From a virus (taxonomy: Duplodnaviria > Caudoviricetes), in IMG/VR virus record IMGVR_UViG_3300046779_000345, positions 1-24,678 of that record: a stretch of 24,678 nt of DNA; one strand, written 5' to 3'. The translations under genes and the position numbers were made by a program. This document shows, in pieces, positions 16,501-22,142 of this stretch. The first letter of the stretch is position 1. Every line of letters starts with the position of its first letter. Under the pieces are notes generated by a model. It was not told where the DNA came from. It saw nothing but the letters and a program-made list of their open reading frames with translations, and ran no database searches.

Positions 16501-18246
16501 ACCTATAGTACCAGAGTTGAATAGTTTTATATTTGGATAGAATTCAACAATTGGTCGTTTTGCTCTAGCAGTTGAACTACCTAATGCAGCAGTAGATATT
16601 GGGCTAGCGACATTATTTTCAATTGCGATTTTTAATACATCTTCATGGAACCAACGATTGCTACGACTCCAAGCATTTTTACTTAATGCACCACGATTGA
16701 TAGTGATGTAATCAGGTTGTTGTGGTAGGTATGCTGCCTCACCATATGTGTATATGTCGAATGGAGTTTCATCATAAGGTGTGACAAAACTTTCACTAAA
16801 TCCTTCTGGTACAACAAAATCTCTTATTGGTATCAATTGAATACTAGTACCAACACCTTCAACATAATATTGAATATTTCTATAACTTTCGGGCAAGACA
16901 TTATTCAAAAACTGAATTTTCATTCCATTAGTTAGAGTTATACCATTAGGGCTAGTATAAGTTTTTGCACCAATAATGTCATTTACATTAATAATATCTT
17001 CACCGGCATTATCAACTAATTTAATTTTACCTACTCGTAATGGATTAGATTCGTCTTGATAGTAAAGTGTATTCAAACTGGAAGTCAATGCTGGGATAAG
17101 AATAATATCACCATTAGAATCTCTAAAAAATGAACGGGTTACATATTGTGTTCCGGATAAGATACTAATCTTTTCGTTTGGTTGTAACCAACCTGCTTCT
17201 TCTAATTTAACTGTAGGATTAGCTGGGTCTCCTATTAAAGTTATAGTATAGTAGTGGTCAGTAATCGTAGAATAGGCCCCTTCTTCAAACTCACCAACAG
17301 CAAGATTATCAAAACCTACAGTGTCGAAAAGTTTACCAATATAACCCTGTGATCCTGCAGGAGTACCATAGAATATCACAGTCTTACCATTCAAATCTGC
17401 TACACCGTCAATGTTATTAAGTGTATATAATAAGGCACCGTTCACTTCACTGAATGATTTAGTAGATACTAAATCTACAGCCAAATCACCGGGAAGTAAA
17501 TATCCATTTTGTTCGTTAGCTAATGGTACATTGAATGTTATAGTACCTGTGCTAGTACCATTATTGATGACACCATATACTTCTCGGGTCGAAATGTTAG
17601 TTAGTGATTCGTTAACACCGGTTGTTCCTGGCTCAGTTTGAATCCAAAATTTAGTATTTTGACTCAATACTAATTCATAGGAACCACCTCTTACTAAAGT
17701 GATAATAGGATTGGATCCGTCAATTTTAATTTGATTTTCAGCAACAGTAAACGAATTATTTTGTGATGTGAATTCAAATGTAGAATTCAAATACAATGTT
17801 GCTGTAGTTAGAATAATGGCTTCAGGGCCTTCAGGTAACCAATAATACTGATTGTAGTTAATTAACTTATCTAAATCTACAAAACTATCCCATGAATAGA
17901 ATTCGTTACTGAACAATAAATTATGATTGTTAGAGAAACCACCTTCAACTGAAATGGAATCGATGATGCCAGGATATGTTAATAGGTCGACTGCCTTTTC
18001 AGTATCTTTTTTCTTAAAGATTACTGCTGGTTCTAATTGATAATCTGTTCTTACCTTATTTGGCTCTACTACATAAGCATCAGAATTATTAACGCCATAG
18101 CCAAATTTACTTCCAATAAAGCCCTGCACTCTATTAAAGTTTGGCTGTTGTGTCAATTGATCTAATGTCGCAGTTAAAAACTGTTCATTGGTTTTTGTTC
18201 TAAAAATTTCTGGTAAGAAATCAATTGTTCTAACTCTTGTTGCCAT
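4531..18246 (-). CDS. Giant modular virion structural protein (baseplate-associated, at the T4 gp7-like position)
   Basis: Uninterrupted 4571-aa ORF directly after the gp6-like gene, with an AGGT SD. It contains FG-GAP-like repeats, Asp-box repeats, two RG..GT...H modules, CBM5/12-like motifs and a KPYH motif (EIKPYHVVI) reminiscent of wedge proteins. Confidence 0.85.
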   Translation of the reverse strand: MATRVRTIDFLPEIFRTKTNEQFLTATLDQLTQQPNFNRVQGFIGSKFGYGVNNSDAYVVEPNKVRTDYQLEPAVIFKKKDTEKAVDLLTYPGIIDSISVEGGFSNNHNLLFSNEFYSWDSFVDLDKLINYNQYYWLPEGPEAIILTTATLYLNSTFEFTSQNNSFTVAENQIKIDGSNPIITLVRGGSYELVLSQNTKFWIQTEPGTTGVNESLTNISTREVYGVINNGTSTGTITFNVPLANEQNGYLLPGDLAVDLVSTKSFSEVNGALLYTLNNIDGVADLNGKTVIFYGTPAGSQGYIGKLFDTVGFDNLAVGEFEEGAYSTITDHYYTITLIGDPANPTVKLEEAGWLQPNEKISILSGTQYVTRSFFRDSNGDIILIPALTSSLNTLYYQDESNPLRVGKIKLVDNAGEDIINVNDIIGAKTYTSPNGITLTNGMKIQFLNNVLPESYRNIQYYVEGVGTSIQLIPIRDFVVPEGFSESFVTPYDETPFDIYTYGEAAYLPQQPDYITINRGALSKNAWSRSNRWFHEDVLKIAIENNVASPISTAALGSSTARAKRPIVEFYPNIKLFNSGTIGKKPIDFINTTATDALTQVAGQTTYEPDGSGSALVDGSRIVFLNDQSLFVRNKIYVVNFVTLTGDPTPVITLSVAPDGELLENDQVVAVNGIDNKGKSAYFDGNTWSFAQQKDTVNQPPKFDVFNSSGISYGDNSFYNSTDFNGCTLFQYATGTGANDPILGFPIKYSSLSNLGDISFEVPLNTQTFNYVDGISSLTGKVSDGYVHNYYNRTEFNREIGWQTAIEKSFQYQVFSFNFTELSLNKIFKCDVAALTTTETKWVPVVVYINNARSTEFTQVVGSDYTEITITSDLFPGDTVEIMIYSNQVSKVGYYQVPDNLDHNPFNAEISNINLGDIRNHYKSICNNNRNFTGSAFGGNNFRDLGNIVPYGTGIIQNSAPLTAAAAFLRSRNNNFFKAAAFNATEYIKYKTLLVDTVDRLDLNSLQDNASILDMAIQEITTSKLETGPFFWSDMLPAGNASTVNTYTFNIGINPTEYPLTKVYDFNNANYSSVLVYLTRTINGISRTTQLIKDVDYTISSTEKSLTVVSALKQNDTIVVKEYNQTYGSYIPNTPSKLGFYPAFKPEVVYDTTYLTPTYFIKGHDGSYTKLYGEYNDGYLQDFRDRALIEFETRIYNNIKVNARIPVEYDDIFPGQFRTTTYPQEDVEQIYSAGFLNWVGTNRVEYKSQFYSTTNEFTWNYKDSISKLNNKPIEQGNWRGLYLWLYDTATPHTTPWEMLGLANKPTWWDTRYGEAPYTSDNTLLWTDISKGYIYNNGNSYINEKRVRPDLLKVLPVDFQGKLLSPLISNVAGYNSTLFKNPWTVGDFGPTEYSYFKSSSWPFDFMRICALEKPALFFTLGLNLDSYKYNTEFNQYLVDNRFRNITDAVTVYGTNATTASHSFLNWIVDYQLQYGINGSTSVFDTLQNLDVRLAYRVAGFSDKDMLKFFVEKGSPNSKNNSLLIPDESYSILLYDNQATTTVTFSSIIIQKSVNGYRVYGNSQVQAFFTAMLPINNGNFDTITVNSLSVQVSKDFSNKSYTVPYGTEFTSVKGLCEFLKGYGIYLETQGMQFTDIQNGLELNWNQMIAETLYWIQSGWEVGSTVNVNPCANVITVNKESNIVQPLTIQNENFILNQNLIPIQMKDLSVYRNGTEFSAKALNAGDSISFFTARLSTIEHVIVFDNTTVFNDILFNLVTGLRQQRLFVKGNKTAEWNGTMTASGFLLNQDNIEEWVENQKYTKGSIVKYKNNYWVASEKSAPPSNKFDTSIWIKTSYDDIQKGLLPNPSTRSYESTLYYDSNKANLESDGDLLGFSLIGYRPREYLVQGDLDDTTQVNVYMNMISTKGTTKSVTSLNGIAVQGNELSYTVNENWAIKTGEYGGILNQNFVEFTLNESELSGNPSIVSIIQDVAEDGAEQQIKLSDIKNYGRFVASSSILPLLSGVQDDVLPSAGYVNLDDVYATGYTIDRVDNNIISGLYKNDYVWIADKVNRWEIFTPISMNTTLSMVMNNLNNSVTMRFTDKHNLVKTDAFGVINFDDRINGFYTVTRITDSYSVIVDKILPNSVNTIESFGLAFKLQSMRVTAAKDINTLPLITNEYSTQKVWVDNSETGEWAVYQKENNYKNTNFSKIPPGLEYGHAVAYIPNLGYFVADPGQNQIFRYVVRDGAYIPIASLTPSGVSTTRYGTAIVKNEKFFIVSDSNPNASVSGFSYIFIYKIIETNLLQTLSLQQILSLEGGMIGDAMALSGDGNFLYLNLIEYGWTFVYRLDEDYDYVTASMTLSENTVAGEDNFIVTGNKVNSIPVGKSIAFDNTGHETVYTVIAARYNSVDDVTTFYTIEPIETVITSGTAVYTANYNFSLVEEGGVPLILGYNLTADTAADKIGFSMATNYDGSRLFLGAPYADLSETVVDTGTVWVYDRLMQSYELPYNGRAGQFAVFFLAWEPNTQAMVFVNGVRLASDQFIILLNLLVLDADFLKAGDIITVSSVDFVEPYQLYSYDDPSEARAGELFGYSVDCNTYASELLVGAPFDLHNPAGQEGAVYRFTNEGKRFGVINATDTSSIVLPSAKSIFINGFAATVTTGNASTIAEFIRYANIPNVTAESVDGRLVISLVDANLNPNNDKLDLVVVNGAGVGINYYTSLNITPYTRTQVITDPHVQSRSQFGYTVKFNEFNSFAVSAPVSTRYTNTTFDYSEDSNSHNDAVFDNNLTQWEDNAKNAGSVYMFDYINTYNESLSNISQYVYAQSCNDTITSYGAEPYYGTALAFNNYSLVIGTPGFIPDTVGGRVVIYTNNTNAQDWSVYRKSQNVVNINKIQKVQLYSNINNESLESLDYIDPLQGKLLGAVRENIDFVSPRDPAGYSDMCAFTGNKAWEKQQVGKIWFDTSTTRFLNYHQSDIEYDSKYWGQVFPGSEVAVYTWIESDVSPSYYTGNGTPYDLNRFSESYQVDATQNVVTKYYFWVKNTNKLFDYLGKTLTDTVIQSYIRSPQSSGISYMAPLKSNTFALYNSGEYIRGRNTNLHLGYSLTAGDASSHTEFKLIRTNFPDDFLPGLPNPEKGYTQPYGLYDRMLDSLAGTDEQGSMVPDPYLPKMVQSGISVRPRQSFFIDRFTALKNYFEYANTLMKTYPITEIGNLTFLNASGTDFTTSDYWETIYWWETGFDSTTRAAFDVNVYADLSSIAELYEGLVVGVKKNIQNKREVYRYSNSVWTRIGLENGTIQLLDTLWDYNKNKIGFGDNFFDSGPYDFYPSTETRYIVRALNEQIYTGSLFEHRNKSLILLFEYIQSENISNNNYMPWLNKTSLIDVGYTVRDLLPYQKYKRDNQSFLEGYVNEIKPYHVVIKDFYLRYTGFDEFDGDISDFDLPSKYSSTVGNFVSPQLKYNNYVSGYQFLPTDAIWQEPDYKQWYDNYGLTLKTSNNAFISTLEYYISIISAEVYLSNPRGVPVQGTIRIDDELISYIDIDRDTGKLLGVSRGVNGTLNAEHFKGAKVFSDLPEIIILDTGRDYIEIPTVTAYIDTSIYPAPKKPAVLKAVMSADKVIAVQTIDPGEGYVTTPEIIFGYSQSFTETSDSINLNNNTLIVRTDIFDTGELIKFETKTGAIGIVPDGYYYVRVISDIVFNGSTAQVLSLHTNKKEALLGHFTYPFNASYSSSGYEFILGISARAIPTVGNTRVRGLSTTLRFDRTSYQSNVEVWVPGGFWASPFNSPETSASTSEVSSVETPVSTVGTVLDITDVTADVNGTAILEIDYSTTTLEPGQIKGQLLYVYKTYAPYVYNDPSDPGYDNTLATITITRPTFNPNNITREYEYYIAPGEEGTSYSDGDTVTILGSLLGGVDGTNDAVITISYVTNTGGIQLSSIQGTPVSEFESYYLNPISSTELAVYENAKFTVPAKEATFAFAAGDQAFIPEPLTNNSSLVSYNNKIYRCIQSNSDTTFDYTKWVEVDLSSTEVNALDRIMAFYQPTMGMPGKDLGQLVNGVTYPNNVYYGNSFAPEEELPIDYIVKDLPFTPTGVNIKSIIYDGSRYVAVADTDDSTLVLVGDETEWSMLNIANKVLTATEISFINGVYIITTNTNDVPILISYDATRWITVGEYSPFDTLPFDIDAFSNTQINSTRSALQSTASFDNKFFAVGSDISKSDNAVNWTQAFSFNSNLPNKLNFIDYFNIPNFTGLVAVGSGQVAVSGIGTAAPVVETVSRIVTSLDGNVWTIQTPNISTVDLFFVFSSTSLLVTGGENSEIWTSTNAHNWDPATISGSAITDTLRSGAFGNGVYVIVGDNGTILYSSDGVTYSQATDSNLTTQHLSEVIYDGAKFYAVGYDNTVLTSTDGQTWINQSDLNQEEPDYTIKGNDFLFGYGPEELVAGVVSDNLIMTVTSIDGSLETRFILIVTKTGESHVYRVNNPDTAYIVSSPLTINGDVLYVDDVTKINGGNTILIGTEMIRFTSVDVGSNTVSGLIRGVGGTSPTAHDIYDLVYPLNSTNMLPDMYYDETWNSWVIDTLYGDPLTQSTTPAAIFLNTV
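5095..6035 (-). repeat. Asp-box/BNR-like protein repeats (C-terminal beta-propeller of the giant protein)
   Basis: Translation shows ISYDATRW, KSDNAVNW, TSLDGNVW, TSTNAHNW, YSSDGVTY and TSTDGQTW, most preceded by a [FYL]xxVG-like strand. Confidence 0.75.
9701..11673 (-). repeat. Seven FG-GAP-like (integrin-alpha-type propeller) protein repeats
   Basis: YGHAVA..FVADP, YGTAIV..FIVSDS, IGDAMA..FLYL, IGFSMA..LFLGAP, FGYSVD..LLVGAP, FGYTVK..FAVSAP and YGTALA..LVIGTP, each followed by a GxVxx[YF]-like strand. Confidence 0.7.
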
Positions 18247-18268
18247 TATTATTACCTATGTTATATAG

Positions 18269-18274
18269 TATTTA
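18269..18274 (-). promoter_or_regulatory. Putative late promoter TAAATA (TTAAATACT) built on the upstream stop codon
   Basis: The TAA of the gp6-like gene (18272-18274) forms the first half of the motif; 22 nt before the ATG at 18246. Confidence 0.6.
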
Positions 18275-21200
18275 ACTTGTCTGTAATTCACTGGATGTTA
18301 ATGCAGAAATAACTGATATGTCAGTTGCTTGTGCAGCATTAACAAAAATTTCATAAGGTGCGCTTCGTATCTCATATAAATCACCAAATGTTAATGTAGG
18401 ATCATTTGGTACTAATACGACTGAACTTACTAAGTCGCCGATATTAGTATGCAAGTATGCACTCAATTCACTGAAATAGAATGTGTCCCCGAAATTCCAA
18501 TTTTCAATACTGAAATATGCATTCATTTCAGATAGCACAGCCGATCTAATCTCACTATCACTAGCTGTAGTTTTCGGTGATTTAATTACTTTAATAGTTG
18601 CTTGTAATTTTGGTTCAGCCTTTTCACCAAACAATGGCTTGAACTTAACATTATTCAAAATCACACTATCACTTAACATTTTATATTCATTGATGTTACT
18701 ATATGATTGAGTTAACTCGTTCATTGTAGGTTCTACTGGCTCTGTTAAAACACCAGTTGTATCACGAACCCAATTCTGATATTGAGTATAATAACTCTGT
18801 GTAACTACATACAAATCAATAATGTTTGTTGTGCTAGGGTCAACACGGGTTGTATCGCTTGAAATGTGTTTGTATTGAAAATACAATCCTTGTCTACCAA
18901 TCTTTACAGAATATGTTGTTATTTCCACAACATTAATAATGTTTTGTACTGTTGAATCTTCAACTGATTGGTAAAACTTATCATCCAAATAAGCATAAAA
19001 GACTCTGCCAACAGGATAATCATACTTGACTAAATTAACATCAGTCAATGTTGGGTATGCATATGTTACATCATCAGAAGAAATCATCTCATAACGACTT
19101 AACAAATTAGCATCTGTAATTTGTTTGAAGAACACAAAATATCCATTGTTTGATGTGTTCTGGACATATCCTGTAATCGTAGTGAAGAAGTCTGGATTCT
19201 TAAATGATCCTGCAATTTCGATATCACCCATAGATACTTCTACACTGTAATCATCAGTATAACCATCTTGTTCTGTAGTTTGTCCAACAACATTCAATAC
19301 TGAATCGCTACTAAATGGATAATTACTTGATGGCTGACTATTTGTTTTTAGTACAGTAATGTTGTCTTGCATCAACTTTCCACTTAGTGGATCGAATATG
19401 ATTTTGTCTCTATCAAAAATAAATCTGATATCAGCAACACTACCAAAGTAAAAAGCAAGTGAGCGATATGTAACTTGGTATCTTCCTGAACCAACACTTG
19501 TAAATTTAACAAAGTATGCTGGATCAGAAATAGTTCCAATACTCCAACGATCCTGTGTAGCTAGTAAAGTGTTGTCAAACTTTAATGTAAAACTTTGATT
19601 TAAAGTGATACGGGTAATACAATCTTGTGAAACTGTAGTAGGTAATATGTTAGTGAAAGACGGGATAACATAAGATAATACTGCACCGTCTGGTATTGAA
19701 TTTGACAAAGCGATAGGACCCAAACCATTGTTCAAGTTTCCTTCACCATCATTATATCCGTCACCTTCAACACTAAACACGCTTGTCCAAATTGTATTAA
19801 TAGTTGTATTTGTTGGTGTACCATTTACTAATCTATTATTTTGGTCGAAGTACTTTCCTGCTGGTGCAGTAAATTGTAACAATGCACCCGGTGTGACATA
19901 CTTCATACTATAGCCTGCTACTACGCCTGCAGGAATTGGTCCACCTGTATTATAGAAATAACCAGTTGACTCTAATGAACTGAATGATGTTTGATTCCAA
20001 TATACTGTACCATCACCTGATGTAGCATCAACTGGATATCTAGTATAATTTTGTGTGTAATATTGGTATGCTTTTTGGCTACTCAAAATCTGTGTTAAAT
20101 TTTCTGTTAAGAAACTAACAATATCAGTAGAAGTTGTAGCTACTAGAGTTGTGAATCCATCATTTTCATCTTGGTATAAACCACCGTCATCTGCAAAATC
20201 ATTTGTGCTGGAATATTTTCCTGTAGGATCTAATAAATCGTAATTACGACTTACACCTACGCTAGTGCGGTTCAATGCTTTGCTTTTGATAATAGAGCTA
20301 TACAAAGTATATGGGAAGTTATTATAATCTTCACCATTAACCATACGGTTTTGTGTGTAATAGCGTTGTGGTGCTCTCTCTTTGATACTTTGTAATGATT
20401 CTCTAGCTTGAGCATTAGAGACTGGAAGTGGTAACTCTAATGTCAATGTTAATGTTTCTACACGACCGGTTCTGCTTACATAGTCAATAGTTACAACTGT
20501 ACCTTGAAATTCTGATGGGTCGATAGTATATGTTAGTGCGTTACTAGAACGGACATAAGCTACATAGTTACCAATAGGCATATCGCTGAAAACACCATCA
20601 CCAAATATATAACTTACTTGGTCGTTGTAGCGTGATTCTACGCTAAAGATTTTCTTATTTGTACCTTGAATATTACCAGTAGCAAAAATACTTTCTACTT
20701 GTGACCAAGGGCTTAGGGTATTATTAACACTATTAAGTTCATATAACCAAGTATCGGTATTGTTGATACCTTGAATGTTGATATCTACAACTTGGTTGCT
20801 AATTTTTTCAGCCAAGTTGAATGAATATGTTTGCAATGTTCCTTGCTTGAAGTACAAGAAGAAACCTGTATTAGGGCTACCGTAACCTAACTTGTCGTTG
20901 CGGTATAACATATTAAATTTACCAGAAGGTCCTGGTGGCAATTCATATATTGAATCAGAATCTATACTAGTTACGCTTACACATTCGAATCCCATTGCAA
21001 CTCCATCTACTGTAGCTGCGAATGTTGTTACTGGTGTGCTACCTGAAGGGATACTGATGCTATATTCGTCGGTTCTGATATTTAAAATATTTTGGCTATT
21101 ACCTGGACGACCAATTCGTTGAGTATCTACCAATGAGGCATTTACGATACTATTGAATTGTTCTTGCCAATTTGGATTTGCAGGATCGTTCCACAATACA

Positions 21201-21622
21201 GAAACATTATTAAGGCTGATACCATTAATATCCTTTACTTGTTCTGATGTTTGGATTGCGACTACTTTGACATATCCCTGACCTGCTAAGTTACGCTTTG
21301 GTGTATATCCAACTAAGTTAGCTAACTTAATAACGCTATCTCTGCGTTCAGCAGTATCGATAAAGTTTTCTCTGGTATTCAAGTCATCGCGGAATGCAAG
21401 ACCCTGACCCATGAAAGCGATAACATCCAATAATGCAATATATTCTGAACTTTCAACATAGTCGTTGAAGGTTTCAGGATAATAAGTTCTTAAATAGTCT
21501 ACGAATGTTTTTCGGATGGTTTCGTAGTCGTAACTTTTAAAGTCTGCTTGACTATAGGTTTTATAGATTGCTTTCCAATCGTTTACACCGAAGATAGAAG
21601 ATTGTCGTGAACTTGTGGCCAT
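18272..21622 (-). CDS. Baseplate wedge protein, T4 gp6-like
   Basis: Matches hallmark gp6 segments: DYETIRKTFVDYL...FNDYVESSEYIALLDVIAF...RENFIDTAERRDSVIKLANLVGYTP, FGDGVF, and ESLQSIKERAP..YTQNRMVNGEDY. Confidence 0.88.
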   Translation of the reverse strand: MATSSRQSSIFGVNDWKAIYKTYSQADFKSYDYETIRKTFVDYLRTYYPETFNDYVESSEYIALLDVIAFMGQGLAFRDDLNTRENFIDTAERRDSVIKLANLVGYTPKRNLAGQGYVKVVAIQTSEQVKDINGISLNNVSVLWNDPANPNWQEQFNSIVNASLVDTQRIGRPGNSQNILNIRTDEYSISIPSGSTPVTTFAATVDGVAMGFECVSVTSIDSDSIYELPPGPSGKFNMLYRNDKLGYGSPNTGFFLYFKQGTLQTYSFNLAEKISNQVVDINIQGINNTDTWLYELNSVNNTLSPWSQVESIFATGNIQGTNKKIFSVESRYNDQVSYIFGDGVFSDMPIGNYVAYVRSSNALTYTIDPSEFQGTVVTIDYVSRTGRVETLTLTLELPLPVSNAQARESLQSIKERAPQRYYTQNRMVNGEDYNNFPYTLYSSIIKSKALNRTSVGVSRNYDLLDPTGKYSSTNDFADDGGLYQDENDGFTTLVATTSTDIVSFLTENLTQILSSQKAYQYYTQNYTRYPVDATSGDGTVYWNQTSFSSLESTGYFYNTGGPIPAGVVAGYSMKYVTPGALLQFTAPAGKYFDQNNRLVNGTPTNTTINTIWTSVFSVEGDGYNDGEGNLNNGLGPIALSNSIPDGAVLSYVIPSFTNILPTTVSQDCITRITLNQSFTLKFDNTLLATQDRWSIGTISDPAYFVKFTSVGSGRYQVTYRSLAFYFGSVADIRFIFDRDKIIFDPLSGKLMQDNITVLKTNSQPSSNYPFSSDSVLNVVGQTTEQDGYTDDYSVEVSMGDIEIAGSFKNPDFFTTITGYVQNTSNNGYFVFFKQITDANLLSRYEMISSDDVTYAYPTLTDVNLVKYDYPVGRVFYAYLDDKFYQSVEDSTVQNIINVVEITTYSVKIGRQGLYFQYKHISSDTTRVDPSTTNIIDLYVVTQSYYTQYQNWVRDTTGVLTEPVEPTMNELTQSYSNINEYKMLSDSVILNNVKFKPLFGEKAEPKLQATIKVIKSPKTTASDSEIRSAVLSEMNAYFSIENWNFGDTFYFSELSAYLHTNIGDLVSSVVLVPNDPTLTFGDLYEIRSAPYEIFVNAAQATDISVISALTSSELQTS

Positions 21623-21627
21623 AGTTT

Positions 21628-21661
21628 ATTCTCTTAATAATGTATTTATCATTAAGAAAAC
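21628..21661 (-). promoter_or_regulatory. RNA hairpin masking the SD region of the gp6-like gene, with the late-promoter-like motif at its apex
   Basis: mRNA reads GUUUUCUUAAUGAU [AAAUAC] AUUAUUAAGAGAAU, giving 14 contiguous pairs including 3 G-U; it ends 5 nt before the AUG. Confidence 0.65.
21643..21648 (-). promoter_or_regulatory. Putative late promoter TAAATA (GATAAATACA)
   Basis: Intergenic, 20 nt before the ATG at 21622. Confidence 0.65.
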
Positions 21662-21669
21662 TGGCGTTT

Positions 21670-22119
21670 TTAGACTCCGAATGCTTTGCTTGCGTTTTCG
21701 TCAAAGAAAATAGCTAGTTGTTCTACGCTATTAAAAGGGGAGATAGAGATTTCAACTTCAATCAGAATACCGTTTTCTTGAGGGAAAATTTCAATACTGC
21801 TCATTGAGATTCTAGGATCCATATTAGCAACTCTACGGATTTCGTTCTCTAATTGTATTCTTGTATCCAAAGTATTGGGTTCAAAGATAAAACTCCACAG
21901 ATTTGTTCCATAGTCGGGGCGACCTGGTTTCTGTCCCTGTGGAATGTTTAACGCATTTATAAAGTCTTGTATCACTAAATCTCTGTCGACCATGCGAAAT
22001 TTTTTACTAAATTGCAGGGGTTTAGTAATAGTTCCTGAACCCCCGTCGGCTCCAGAGTTTATTGGTAGAGACCTAACTTCTCCTACATTCTGTGTACTGA
22101 ATCCTATAAATGTTGGCAT
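21670..22119 (-). CDS. Baseplate wedge subunit, gpW/gp25-like
   Basis: DRDLVIQDFINALNIPQGQKPGRPDYGTNLWSFIFEP...ENEIRRVANMDPRI fits the gp25 family pattern. It lies between the gp5-like and gp6-like genes. AGGA SD. Confidence 0.88.
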   Translation of the reverse strand: MPTFIGFSTQNVGEVRSLPINSGADGGSGTITKPLQFSKKFRMVDRDLVIQDFINALNIPQGQKPGRPDYGTNLWSFIFEPNTLDTRIQLENEIRRVANMDPRISMSSIEIFPQENGILIEVEISISPFNSVEQLAIFFDENASKAFGV

Positions 22120-22135
22120 AATAATTCCTATATAC

Positions 22136-22141
22136 TATTTA
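22136..22141 (-). promoter_or_regulatory. Putative late promoter TAAATA (CTAAATAGT)
   Basis: Intergenic, 1 nt after the upstream stop and 16 nt before the ATG at 22119. Confidence 0.65.
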
Positions 22142-22142
22142 G

